In this document: one piece after another, positions 43,294-52,591 of the stretch
Layout of the letters: every line of letters begins with the position of its first letter
Position numbering within the stretch: the first letter of the stretch is position 1
From: Bdellovibrionales bacterium
GTDB taxonomy: Bacteria > Bdellovibrionota > Bdellovibrionia > Bdellovibrionales > UBA1609
Assembly: GCA_050250515.1 (NCBI GenBank)
Contig: JBFWON010000006.1
Span: forward strand, 237 to 64,236
Direction of reading: 5' to 3'
Length of the DNA stretch: 64,000 nt
Made by a program: the position numbers and the translations under genes
Notes under the pieces: generated by a model
Seen by the model: the letters and a program-made list of their open reading frames with translations, nothing else
Database searches by the model: none
Told to the model about the DNA's origin: nothing

Positions 43294-44426
43294 CCCGGAC
43301 TGGCTTCCGAGCTGGGGTCAGGTTCGTAGTTTGGCGGCTCTTCGGAGGCTACATTCTCTGTAGATTCAACCGCTACAGTCCCCACGTCTGAGACCGCTTC
43401 GTCAGAAACCTCGACAGATTCACCATTGGCGCGGGCTAAATCATATTTTTCTAACCAACGACGATCCTTGTCTTGCACAGTCTCGCCAAACAAGATCGAT
43501 TCTCGAATGTCGCGAGCCCGGTCCGCATCGCGCTTTTCTTTCATGCGCTGTTTTTCTTGCTCGAAAAATTCACTGCTCGTACTGATGGTCTGAAGCTCAT
43601 CTGTGATTTTCAGCAACTCATCTTCACCTTCCGAATACGTCTTACCGACTTCCTCGGACAGCTGCTCGGTCAGATCGCCCAAAGATTCTTTTTCTTCCAC
43701 ATCCCCAATGCCCTCAGGAATCAACTGATCAATTTCACTGAGAGAGGGAAGTTCTTGAATATTTCTTAAACCAAAGATTTCTAAAAACTTGCGGGTGGTC
43801 TCATAAAACATGGGTTTTCCCGGAAGATCACTGCGCTCTCCAAACGAGACCAAACTCTTTTCCATCAGAGCTCGCAAAAGATGGCCGGATTCCACACCAC
43901 GAATTTCATCAATTTGAGCTTTAGTCACAGGCTGCTTGTAAGCCACGATGGATATCACTTCCAAAGCCGGGCCCGAAAGTCTAAAGGGCCTGGCCTTTAC
44001 CGACTGGCGCAAAAAGGGCAAGTTCGACACTTTCGTTCGAAGCTGAAAGCCTCCGCCGGCTTCTTTTAACTCAAAACCTCGGGGCGTATTTTCATACTCT
44101 TCTTGCAAAGCCATTAAGGCGGCACGGATTTCTTTTGATCGAACTTGGGTCCCTTTAAAGGATTGCTTAATTACGGCGATACTTAGAGGTTTATCGGTCG
44201 CAAACAAAACACTTTCCACGACGGAGCGAATGCGCTCGTCCGTCAGCTCTTCAATCTCTTCAATCTCAGCCGATTCAAAGGATTCAAGTTCACTTCCCTC
44301 AACATCAGCTTCGGAATCGTCGGCTGCTTCCATCGACAAGTCGTCATCCGCCTCCGCGACGTCCGAGTTTTCTCCGTCCATCAATTCATGCATATCGTCT
44401 TGGTCGATCACTTCATCTTCAAACAT
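43290..44426 (-). CDS. scpB: Segregation and condensation protein B with acidic N- and C-terminal extensions
   Basis: The core is IRSVVESVLFATDKPLSI...GGGFQLRTK...LSGPALEVISIVAYKQPVTKAQIDEIRGV...GKPMFYETTRKFLEIFGL. The ATG directly follows the scpA stop (TAAATG). Confidence 0.9.
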   Translation of the reverse strand: MFEDEVIDQDDMHELMDGENSDVAEADDDLSMEAADDSEADVEGSELESFESAEIEEIEELTDERIRSVVESVLFATDKPLSIAVIKQSFKGTQVRSKEIRAALMALQEEYENTPRGFELKEAGGGFQLRTKVSNLPFLRQSVKARPFRLSGPALEVISIVAYKQPVTKAQIDEIRGVESGHLLRALMEKSLVSFGERSDLPGKPMFYETTRKFLEIFGLRNIQELPSLSEIDQLIPEGIGDVEEKESLGDLTEQLSEEVGKTYSEGEDELLKITDELQTISTSSEFFEQEKQRMKEKRDADRARDIRESILFGETVQDKDRRWLEKYDLARANGESVEVSDEAVSDVGTVAVESTENVASEEPPNYEPDPSSEASPG

Positions 44427-45857
44427 TTAGACCTCCGCTTCCGGATCAGGTGTGGTCAAAAAAGCTATGTCATTGGTTGGCGGCGATTCGGGTTCTGCCA
44501 GCGGCGCAGCCGGAGTTTCGGCTGCCAATGGCTCAGGAATCTCCGCTATTTCATGATTTTCGACGTCCGGCCCTTCTACGGCGAACTCAGCGCCACCATG
44601 CCACTCTTCTCCGACCTCAAGACTTTCTTCAATGGCCTCTAGAACTTCAACAGGGTCTTGCGCCATCTCGCGCTTGATTTCGGCTTCCTCGACAAAATCC
44701 AAGTGGGGTGCGGCAAAGTCGACCGCATCCGTCAACGTGGGCTCAATTTCGACTACAGACTTTACTGCGGACTCACTCATCCAGTCCGCCGCGGCCAACG
44801 CCGCCGCCACCGAATCTGATACAGATTTTGTGATCGGACGGGCCACTTCTTCGGGGGCTTCGCTCACGGCCTCAATGGGCACTTCGACCACCGCTTCATC
44901 GACCACCGTATCGATTGGAGTTTCACCCTCGGGCGCAAAGAGACGGGCTTCCTCGGCCAAGATCTCTTCGTCCGTCGCAGCATCTGCAAAGGTTTCTTCG
45001 ACAACCGGCGCGTCCGCCATATCTTCTGAGATCACGGCGGATTCATCCAGGCTCATTTGCGCTTCGACTAAAATCTCTTCGGCTTTTTGTTCCGCGTTGA
45101 CCGAATCGTAACTTTCAACTTGCGAGACAACGGCCGTGTCGATGGGTTTTTTCGGATCAATGTGAAGATCGGCGAAGGGCTCGGCCTGAAATAGAGAAAC
45201 AAAGCCCATTTTAGCGAGCTCGAGTAAAGACAAGAAAGTCACGAGGACCTGGGATCCTCGATTGGCGTTGTCGGTTATCAGGTCCCGCATGACAACCCGA
45301 CGGCCCACTTGAAAATACACCCGCATTTCCATAATACGTGAGGCGATGGATTGAAGCTCACCAAACACGCGGTGAATGGTCTTCTTCATATTCTTCATCG
45401 CGGTTCGATAACTCGAGATCAGCGAGAACAACGGATTTTCTTCGACAATCAGTTCGCCTTCTTCCAGCGACTCGATATCCGTTCGCTCACCGCGGGTAAA
45501 GACGTCTCTTCCCAATAGGGGAAGTTTATAAAGGTCGACCGACAATTCTTTGATTTTCTTGTATTCGACTAACTTTTGAACCAACTCTTTGCGCGGATCT
45601 TCATGAACCTCTTCGCCCTCTTCCGTGTATTGAGGCAACAACATCCGCGATTTGATCTGTAAAAGAGTGGCGGCCATGGCGACAAAGTCACCGGCTACCT
45701 CTAGATCCAGTTGACGCATCGTCTTAATATATTCGAGGTACTGCGAAGTGATCTGATGGATATTGATGTCAAAAATATCCATCTCCTGCTCCCGAATCAA
45801 ATACAGGAGCAGCCCGAGGGGTCCCTCAAATCGATCTAAATGCACGTGTAGACTCAA
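44427..45857 (-). CDS. scpA: Segregation and condensation protein A (kleisin) with a ~240-aa acidic C-terminal extension
   Basis: The N-terminus is LDRFEGPLGLLLYLIREQEMDIFDINIHQITSQYLEY. A winged-helix end VLVTFLSLLELAKMGFVSLFQ is followed by a long Glu/Asp/Ala/Val-rich tail. It has a TTG start. Confidence 0.9.
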   Translation of the reverse strand: MSLHVHLDRFEGPLGLLLYLIREQEMDIFDINIHQITSQYLEYIKTMRQLDLEVAGDFVAMAATLLQIKSRMLLPQYTEEGEEVHEDPRKELVQKLVEYKKIKELSVDLYKLPLLGRDVFTRGERTDIESLEEGELIVEENPLFSLISSYRTAMKNMKKTIHRVFGELQSIASRIMEMRVYFQVGRRVVMRDLITDNANRGSQVLVTFLSLLELAKMGFVSLFQAEPFADLHIDPKKPIDTAVVSQVESYDSVNAEQKAEEILVEAQMSLDESAVISEDMADAPVVEETFADAATDEEILAEEARLFAPEGETPIDTVVDEAVVEVPIEAVSEAPEEVARPITKSVSDSVAAALAAADWMSESAVKSVVEIEPTLTDAVDFAAPHLDFVEEAEIKREMAQDPVEVLEAIEESLEVGEEWHGGAEFAVEGPDVENHEIAEIPEPLAAETPAAPLAEPESPPTNDIAFLTTPDPEAEV

Positions 45858-45960
45858 ATTTTCGCTCCGAAGCCGCTAGGCTGTTGCCCCAATTCTAATG
45901 AGCTAGCCCTTGGGATTGCAACCTTCAAACTCTGCGTTCTGCCCGCCAAGCTGCGCCGCC

Positions 45961-46632
45961 CTATCCGAGGGCCGTGGCCAGGTGATAGGCCAGAGCTGAG
46001 AGACCATTGTAGGCAATATTCACGGGAATAGATAAGAATCCCCCACCCAGCATAATAAACACCAAAAGAAACATGCCGAGCTGGCTTTGATTCTCCATCA
46101 ACCAAATATTCCAGCGCGCCGGCAAAAAAGGTTCGATAATTTTCCCGCCGTCTAAGGGATGGATTGGTATCATATTAAAGACAGCCAGGAACAAATTAAT
46201 ATGAATAAAAGTGTCGAGCATCGTGCGCACCGCTTTGTCGGCGCCCTGGCCACGCAAGTAAACCATCGCGAAAGCCATCAGAAAAGTAGCGACGACAGCC
46301 AGGAGGACATTGGACATCGGCCCCGCCAGAGCCACCCAAAACATATCCAATCGCCCTCGCAAATTTCTTGTATTCACTGGTACCGGCTTCGCCCAACCAA
46401 AAAAGAAGGGGGAATTGAACAAAATGGTCAAAAGGGGCAGCATCCAAGTACCCACCGGATCGGCGTGAGCCATCGGATTAAGTGTCAGACGCCCACTCAT
46501 CTCGGCCGTGTTGTCGCCGCGAAACTTCGCCACCAATCCATGGGCATATTCGTGAAAACAAAGGGCCAATAAGAACGGTACGAAGTAGACACCCAGTTTA
46601 GCCAAGAAGGCCAGCAGATCAAAATTTTGCAC
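45961..46632 (-). CDS. Site-2 protease (M50) family metalloprotease
   Basis: HEYAHGLVA (HExxH) and the distal IHPLDGG motif are present, with about 6 TM. It has a GTG start 2 nt after the upstream stop. Confidence 0.85.
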   Translation of the reverse strand: MQNFDLLAFLAKLGVYFVPFLLALCFHEYAHGLVAKFRGDNTAEMSGRLTLNPMAHADPVGTWMLPLLTILFNSPFFFGWAKPVPVNTRNLRGRLDMFWVALAGPMSNVLLAVVATFLMAFAMVYLRGQGADKAVRTMLDTFIHINLFLAVFNMIPIHPLDGGKIIEPFLPARWNIWLMENQSQLGMFLLVFIMLGGGFLSIPVNIAYNGLSALAYHLATALG

Positions 46633-46633
46633 C

Positions 46634-48493
46634 TTACCCCCTCTTGGACTCGATCAAAATGCCCGAGCGATGAAAACATTTTTTAGCGTCCGTCTGAAGA
46701 CGTCGAAAATCTTTCGTACCAAATTCTTCTTTGGTTATATACGGTCGTTTCAAGACGACCTTTTGCTCAATCACCACTTCACTTTTGTCACTGTGAATTC
46801 GCCGATCCAAAGTGACCCATTTGGACTCCACATGACAGGGATCAGGCGTCTGTTGCGCCAATTGTGTGGCCTGCAGCCGACGGATGCCATTGAAGGTGAA
46901 AGGTGTTTCCGCCAAACGGAGATCGCTTTCTCGATTTTCAGTTTCGTAAAATTCGCCCTCTAAAAATCCATCGGGTAAGACCCAAAACTTAGCCTTGCCG
47001 GCGTTGTACGCCACTTTTCCAGCCGTGTAATCCAACTCCATATACATGTCTTGCAAAACCCGGCTCGTTTTCGGTTCCTTAACAAATTTGTACTTATAGA
47101 TCTGTTGCCCCTCGGTAAAGTATTCAAGAGTGCTCGACAAAACTTCCGAACGCGAAGACAGCATCAAGTCATTGGCAATCCGGTACGGGGCCAAACGCTT
47201 CAGCGCCGCCTTCACTTTCACCCTCACATCGTCGTCACCATTGAATTTGTAGGTGTAAACATGCTCATGATCAAAGTCTTCGGCCTGAGCCTCAGGAATA
47301 CGAACAAACTGGCCTCCTTCGGCCCTCATCACCCAGGCCGGTCGACCCGAAATATCCGGGAAGGGCTCAAGAGAAGCCACCGGGTTGGTCGGATCCAACC
47401 AATAATCCTTCCCGTCGGCTTTCACATTCACAATCGCGTGGTTGAATCGATAGGAAACGGGAAGCCCATAGTCCGGCTCGCGCCCCCACGGATTTTCACC
47501 CCTTCGCACAAGCGCCACGTGGGCATCAAGACCCGCGGAACGAAGCATGGCCACAGTTAGACTGGACAAATCTTTGCAGTCCCCATAGCGGGAACTTTCG
47601 ATCTCCGCCAAAGGCCTTGGGACGAAACCACCGTCGTGCCTTCTCCAATCCCCAAAATAGCGAAAGACGCGGCTTAATTTTTCTAAGACCACGAGCATTT
47701 TTTCCGAAGCGGTTTTCTTTTTCTGAGCATCCTTCACCCAGCCGGCAAGTGCATGAGGCAGTTTCTGACTGATGATCTTTTCATAGTCTTTCTCTAGACC
47801 GCCTAACAAAGATCGCCAGTCCTTTTCTGTGGAGATGTAAATTCGCGTGAACCCAGCCGGGTGAAAATAGGGTTCTTTCTCTGCATGAACCCAGCCTGGC
47901 AAAGGCTTTCGATTGGTCACTTGCAACCCGTTAGTCCCCTTCTTCGACACGCGAACGTATCGGCGAGGGTCCTGGAGCTCGTAATAGACCGGGACTTCCG
48001 ACTTTACGTCCACCCGCAGGTCTTTAATGTACATGCCGGGGCTAAACTCCAGCAGGGTCGACCAACGATCCTTCGTAATCGGCACGTTGGTTGCGACCTT
48101 ATATTTAAGATAGAGTTCACTGCCCACTTCCACTTGCGGATAGACAATCGAGCGGACCTTCAAAGCATCATAATCGCGGGACTCCCCGCGGTCGCGATCT
48201 TCAATTGAAGTCGCTGGCACCTTCGTGATCGTGCGGCCGTTTTTGGTGTAGGCGTCTATGACTTCCACTTTGTCGGTGGCCGAATTGTAATCAATGGTGA
48301 AAACACTCGAGTTCACTTTCGCATCGTCTGACTGAACGCGGACAACATACTCAACGGTTTGATCCCACGTACCGTCTTTGTGCACATCAAATGACATAGT
48401 CATTGTCTTGATGACGGAAGGCGATTCGTCCAAAGTCAGCCAGCGGGCCTGAGCGGAGTGAGACAATATTAGGAGACAAAGCCACTTGAACAT
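46634..48493 (-). CDS. DUF3857/transglutaminase-like domain protein
   Basis: It has a signal peptide. The transglutaminase core SRYGDCKDLSSLTVAMLRSAGLDAHVALV (catalytic Cys) is present, then NHAIV and WLDPT. Confidence 0.75.
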   Translation of the reverse strand: MFKWLCLLILSHSAQARWLTLDESPSVIKTMTMSFDVHKDGTWDQTVEYVVRVQSDDAKVNSSVFTIDYNSATDKVEVIDAYTKNGRTITKVPATSIEDRDRGESRDYDALKVRSIVYPQVEVGSELYLKYKVATNVPITKDRWSTLLEFSPGMYIKDLRVDVKSEVPVYYELQDPRRYVRVSKKGTNGLQVTNRKPLPGWVHAEKEPYFHPAGFTRIYISTEKDWRSLLGGLEKDYEKIISQKLPHALAGWVKDAQKKKTASEKMLVVLEKLSRVFRYFGDWRRHDGGFVPRPLAEIESSRYGDCKDLSSLTVAMLRSAGLDAHVALVRRGENPWGREPDYGLPVSYRFNHAIVNVKADGKDYWLDPTNPVASLEPFPDISGRPAWVMRAEGGQFVRIPEAQAEDFDHEHVYTYKFNGDDDVRVKVKAALKRLAPYRIANDLMLSSRSEVLSSTLEYFTEGQQIYKYKFVKEPKTSRVLQDMYMELDYTAGKVAYNAGKAKFWVLPDGFLEGEFYETENRESDLRLAETPFTFNGIRRLQATQLAQQTPDPCHVESKWVTLDRRIHSDKSEVVIEQKVVLKRPYITKEEFGTKDFRRLQTDAKKCFHRSGILIESKRG

Positions 48494-48628
48494 CCCTTAA
48501 AGATGGCGATTCTCCGGCCAATAGTCCAGCCGGATCCCCAACCTCGGCCTATTTTCTATGCGTTAGATGCTGAAAGTCTAGGCAGCAGATGAGCGCCGCA
48601 AGCAAAATGCCGATACAATCTGTAGGAC

Positions 48629-50041
48629 ATGAAGAAAGTCATCTTTGACAATATCCACGGCTACATCACCCTCAATCGCGTTGAAACCCGAATTCTCGAG
48701 ACCCTTTATTATCAGCGCCTAAGATGGATTCGACAGCTGGGATTCAGCTTTTACATCTTCCCGGGGGCCACCCATACTCGGCACGCGCATGCCTTGGGGG
48801 TCAGTCATGTGATGCACCGGGTGCTTCACGCCCTGGGCCTGGCCGCCCCCGATGAGAAACTCTTTGATCCAAAAGCGCGGGACGAACGCACGACCTTTCA
48901 CCGCACGATGCGGCTGGCCGCCATGCTTCACGACATTGGGACCTTCCCGTTCTCTCATTCGATCGAAATGGCCTACATCAATTTCTGGCGCAACCAGGCC
49001 CAGGTCACCAAACCGAAATACGTCGCCAATCACGAGACTTTGGGCAGCCATATTATTCTGAATACGGATTTTGATGGCGGCATCACTCGCATATTGAAAG
49101 AAGAAGGCATCGACCCACAGGAACTCTCCCGCGTGATTGCCGGTCAGTCAGAAAATCTGGTCGCCAATCAGCTAATGCACGCCGATGTGGACGCAGATCG
49201 AATGGATTACTTGATTCGCGACGCCCACCATACGGGCGTGAAAATCGGGCTTTTTGACCTGGATTTTTTGATTCGAGCTTTACGGGTGCATGGCATGAAC
49301 GGACAGTCCATGCTTTGCATTCATGAAGACGGGATCAATGTGGTCGACTCCTTCCTAGTGGCCCGCTACTTTTGGTATTCGCAGATTATTCACGAAGGCA
49401 CGGGTTATAAATTCGACCTCCTGGCGGCCAAAATTTGCGAATATTTTCTAGAGAATAAGTTCTCCTACTCTTTTGAAACCCTGATGGACAAAGTGGCCAT
49501 GAACCCCCGTGAGTACTTCACGTTCAATGACTCGTACTTTATGGCGAAACTTCACGAGTATCTGGCGGGACGTATTCAACATCCCATGATTGGGCAACTC
49601 TCAGATATGCTGGCCCGTCGAATACCACCCGCCCAAATTCGGGTGGCTCCGCTGAAACCCACAGTCGTTCTTAGCGAAGAGCATCGCCGGGACTTAGTTC
49701 AACAGTGCCAAAAAGCGGTGGCTTGGGTAAAAAATGAAATCTACGAGCTCGACCCTCAGGCTTGGGTGATCGACGACATTCCCTCTAAGGATGTGATGTT
49801 CACTCGAAACTTGGAGTCCCTAAAGAAGGACAAGAAAGATCCGGTCTCCAATCGAGATTCTATCAAAGTTTTGACCCGACACGGAGAATTGAAACTTCTG
49901 GTGGATGTCTCCCAATCGTTAATGAAAGTTCTCAGCCAATATCGAAATTTCATTCCTCGCGTTTATCTCAGCAACGAAGTCTATGAACGCCTTGAGAAAA
50001 AGGGCGTGCTCGAAAAAATGCGCCAGATGAAGTTTGATTGA
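48629..50041 (+). CDS. HD-domain phosphohydrolase (SAMHD1/dNTPase-like architecture)
   Basis: Motifs HTRHAHALGVSHV, MLHDIGTFPFSH and DADRMDYLIRDAHHTGV are present. Confidence 0.8.
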   Translation: MKKVIFDNIHGYITLNRVETRILETLYYQRLRWIRQLGFSFYIFPGATHTRHAHALGVSHVMHRVLHALGLAAPDEKLFDPKARDERTTFHRTMRLAAMLHDIGTFPFSHSIEMAYINFWRNQAQVTKPKYVANHETLGSHIILNTDFDGGITRILKEEGIDPQELSRVIAGQSENLVANQLMHADVDADRMDYLIRDAHHTGVKIGLFDLDFLIRALRVHGMNGQSMLCIHEDGINVVDSFLVARYFWYSQIIHEGTGYKFDLLAAKICEYFLENKFSYSFETLMDKVAMNPREYFTFNDSYFMAKLHEYLAGRIQHPMIGQLSDMLARRIPPAQIRVAPLKPTVVLSEEHRRDLVQQCQKAVAWVKNEIYELDPQAWVIDDIPSKDVMFTRNLESLKKDKKDPVSNRDSIKVLTRHGELKLLVDVSQSLMKVLSQYRNFIPRVYLSNEVYERLEKKGVLEKMRQMKFD

Positions 50042-50044
50042 AAA

Positions 50045-50063
50045 TTCGAAGCCTTCGAAAGGC
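50045..50063. terminator. Small hairpin between convergent genes
   Basis: TTCGAA-gcc-TTCGAA, or the alternative GCCTT-cga-AAGGC, fills the 21-nt gap. Confidence 0.3.
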
Positions 50064-50455
50064 TAGTGCCCTATAACCTCGCGGACCTGCTTTACAATAT
50101 CCGCCATCGAAGTCCCGGGACCAAAAACCCTAGCCACACCCTTTTCGCGGAGAAGCTTTGCATCATTGGCCGGGATAATTCCGCCAACAAAGAGCGGAGT
50201 TTGCACGCCCCGCTCCTTAAAAAGATCCAAAACCGCATTGACCAGGGGCACATGGGCTCCCGATAAAATGGAAAGCCCGACCACATCGACGTCTTCTTGA
50301 ATGGCCGCTTCGACCACCATCTGCGGGGTTTGGTGAAGACCTGTGTAAATGACTTCAAATCCGGCATCCCGCAGAGCACGGGCCACCACTTTGGCGCCCC
50401 GGTCGTGGCCGTCCAATCCAGGTTTGGCAATAAGAACTCGAGACGGTGTTTGCAT
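50063..50455 (-). CDS. Stand-alone cobalamin-binding domain protein (methylmalonyl/isobutyryl-CoA mutase small-subunit type)
   Basis: The start is trimmed to ATG 50455. [34 protein letters not shown] contains the DxHxxG B12 motif, and GLSILSGAH is present. Confidence 0.85.
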   Translation of the reverse strand: MQTPSRVLIAKPGLDGHDRGAKVVARALRDAGFEVIYTGLHQTPQMVVEAAIQEDVDVVGLSILSGAHVPLVNAVLDLFKERGVQTPLFVGGIIPANDAKLLREKGVARVFGPGTSMADIVKQVREVIGH

Positions 50456-50502
50456 TCCCAGCAAATTTAACCTAACAATCAGCTGAGTCAAGGAGAGCTT
50501 CC

Positions 50503-51657
50503 ATGTCTGAAATCCGCCCTGCAATCACGACCTTAAGCGACGAAGAGAGCGCCTTTCGCGAGGCCATTCGCGAGTTTTGTGAGGCCGAAATCAAACCTCA
50601 CGTCACAAAGATGGATGAAGAGGCCCAAATCGATCCCAGCCTGATCAAGAAATTTTTTGAAATGGGCATTATGGGAATTGAAACACCCGAAGAATTCGGT
50701 GGCGCGGGCGGCTCTTTAATGATGGCCTGCTTAGCGGTTGAAGAACTGGGCCGCATTGATGGCTCCTGCAGCGTTTTGGTTGATGTGCAAAATACCTTAG
50801 TGACCAACGCACTTTTGAAGTGGGCCAACGCCGACCAAAAGAAAAAATATCTGCCCAAACTGGCCCGTGAGTGGGTTGGAGCCTACGCTTTGTCCGAGAG
50901 CTCGAGTGGTTCCGATGCGTTTGCCTTGCGTTTGAAGGCCGAAGACAAAGGTTCGCATTTTGTCCTTAATGGTCACAAACTTTGGATCACCAACGCCAAT
51001 GAGGCCGGATTGTTCCTCGTTTTTGCCAACACAGACTTCAGCAAAGGCTACAAAGGGATCACTGGATTTTTAGTCGAGCGCACCTTCCCCGGCTTTAAAG
51101 TCGGCAAAAAAGAAGATAAATTGGGCATTCGCGCCTCAAGCACCTGCGAATTACTATTCGAGAACTGCCAAATCCCGAAAGAAAATGTCATCGGCGAGGT
51201 CGGCAAAGGATATAAAATTGCTATTGAAACTTTGAATGAAGGCCGCATCGGCATCGGCGCCCAAATGGTGGGCATCGCGCAAGGCGCCTACGACGCCACT
51301 TTGAATTACATCAAAACACGCGAGCAATTTGGCAAATCACTATCCTCATTTCAAGCCGTCCAATTTCAGTTGGCTGAAATGCGCTGCTTAGTCGAGAGCG
51401 CTCGCTTGCACGTTTACAACTCGGCCCGCTTGAAAGATTCCGGTCAGCCCTTTGTGCAAGATGCGGCGATCGCCAAATTGATTTCCTCACGAAATGCCGA
51501 GCGCGTCTGCTCGATGGCCGTGGATCTATTTGGTGGCAACGGCTTCACCCGCGAATATCCGGTCGAAAAATTCTTCCGCGATTGCAAAGTCGGCCAGATT
51601 TACGAAGGCACCAGCAACATGCAGCTGCAAACCATCGCCAAACAGGAGCTTGGGTAG
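50503..51657 (+). CDS. Acyl-CoA dehydrogenase (short/branched-chain type)
   Basis: AAGGAG lies upstream. Motifs [39 protein letters not shown] and IYEGTSNMQ are present. Confidence 0.92.
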   Translation: MSEIRPAITTLSDEESAFREAIREFCEAEIKPHVTKMDEEAQIDPSLIKKFFEMGIMGIETPEEFGGAGGSLMMACLAVEELGRIDGSCSVLVDVQNTLVTNALLKWANADQKKKYLPKLAREWVGAYALSESSSGSDAFALRLKAEDKGSHFVLNGHKLWITNANEAGLFLVFANTDFSKGYKGITGFLVERTFPGFKVGKKEDKLGIRASSTCELLFENCQIPKENVIGEVGKGYKIAIETLNEGRIGIGAQMVGIAQGAYDATLNYIKTREQFGKSLSSFQAVQFQLAEMRCLVESARLHVYNSARLKDSGQPFVQDAAIAKLISSRNAERVCSMAVDLFGGNGFTREYPVEKFFRDCKVGQIYEGTSNMQLQTIAKQELG

Positions 51658-51667
51658 GCCTCCATCA

Positions 51668-52378
51668 TCAGGCCGTACTGGCTCGCATTTGTTTTTCCCA
51701 ACTCGTAAGGAACTTCGCCAGAGCGTGCCGACGAGGGGTGTAGGGAATGAATCCCATCACCTCAAATCGGTTTTTCTGGATGTAGGCGCTCACCGCTTTG
51801 AGACTTCGCCGCCCCCAGGACACTAGCCTCGTGAAGGGACGAGCCATCCAAAGCGTCTCTGCTTTTAGCCGGAACCGCCGCCGCAACCGCGCGTAAGCTC
51901 GGCCTATCTCCGCCGCCAGCAATCTCAAAAATCGCGTGTGAGCCTCTCTCGATCTCGAATACCAAAGCAGGTGAATGTGGTTATGGTGAATGGCCAAATC
52001 TTTGATTTTTATTCCATATCGAACCGCAACCTTATGAATCACCGGTCGTATGGTTTTGTCGTGTTTCGTGAACCTTAAGGCTCCATCTACCCTAGCCTTG
52101 AACACACCGTGCACCAGCTTATCTTTCGCAAATGGGCGCGGAATTTTGCGGTAATTAAGAGCGCCTCCGTAGGTGTTTTGCTCAGTGATCCACCATTTTT
52201 TTGTGTTTCTTCGAGGATGTTCCCTCGAGCCGAGCCGACATCCCGGATGCTCGGATCGATCTTCGGACCGGACCGAACGTCTTAACAATTTTATTGGAGT
52301 TAATTGAAGTGGCACGCTTGCATTAGCAACACCCCGCCAGGCCACCTCTGTTGAGGCCAAACCTGACGGAGGGTTCAT
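51668..52378 (-). CDS. Second HUH/Y1 transposase-like (IS200/RAYT family) protein
   Basis: It has the HUH motif HHNHIHLLWY and the Tyr motif VSAYIQKNRFE. The N-terminal RKIPRPFAKDKLVHGVFK parallels the first copy. The start is uncertain (no SD at ATG 52378). Confidence 0.65.
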   Translation of the reverse strand: MNPPSGLASTEVAWRGVANASVPLQLTPIKLLRRSVRSEDRSEHPGCRLGSREHPRRNTKKWWITEQNTYGGALNYRKIPRPFAKDKLVHGVFKARVDGALRFTKHDKTIRPVIHKVAVRYGIKIKDLAIHHNHIHLLWYSRSREAHTRFLRLLAAEIGRAYARLRRRFRLKAETLWMARPFTRLVSWGRRSLKAVSAYIQKNRFEVMGFIPYTPRRHALAKFLTSWEKQMRASTA

Positions 52379-52386
52379 GAAAAATC

Positions 52387-52413
52387 AAAAAGACCTAGCA
52401 GGTCTCTCTTTTT
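52387..52413. terminator. Bidirectional-looking hairpin
   Basis: It reads AAAA-AGACCT-agc-AGGTCT-CTCTTTTT. On the minus strand the stem is followed by TTTTGATTTT. Confidence 0.5.
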
Positions 52414-52591
52414 CGGCTAACTGGAGAATTTTTCGAGTCCTGATGTGGACGCAGCTCTGGCTGCTGAGACTTCTCATCGTGGTTCTTCAATTAGCCCAAC
52501 ACCTTCACTAAGGGCTGAATTGGGAAAGTGTCTGTGGGCCTAGCCTTTTAGACGGTCAACCAAAGGTTTCAGCGGAACGGTGGTCTGGCAC

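Noticed and set aside
44632-45111. 159-aa Ser/Ala/Thr-rich plus-strand ORF
   Set aside because: It is the mirror image of the acidic low-complexity tail of scpA. Such tails routinely generate long antisense ORFs.
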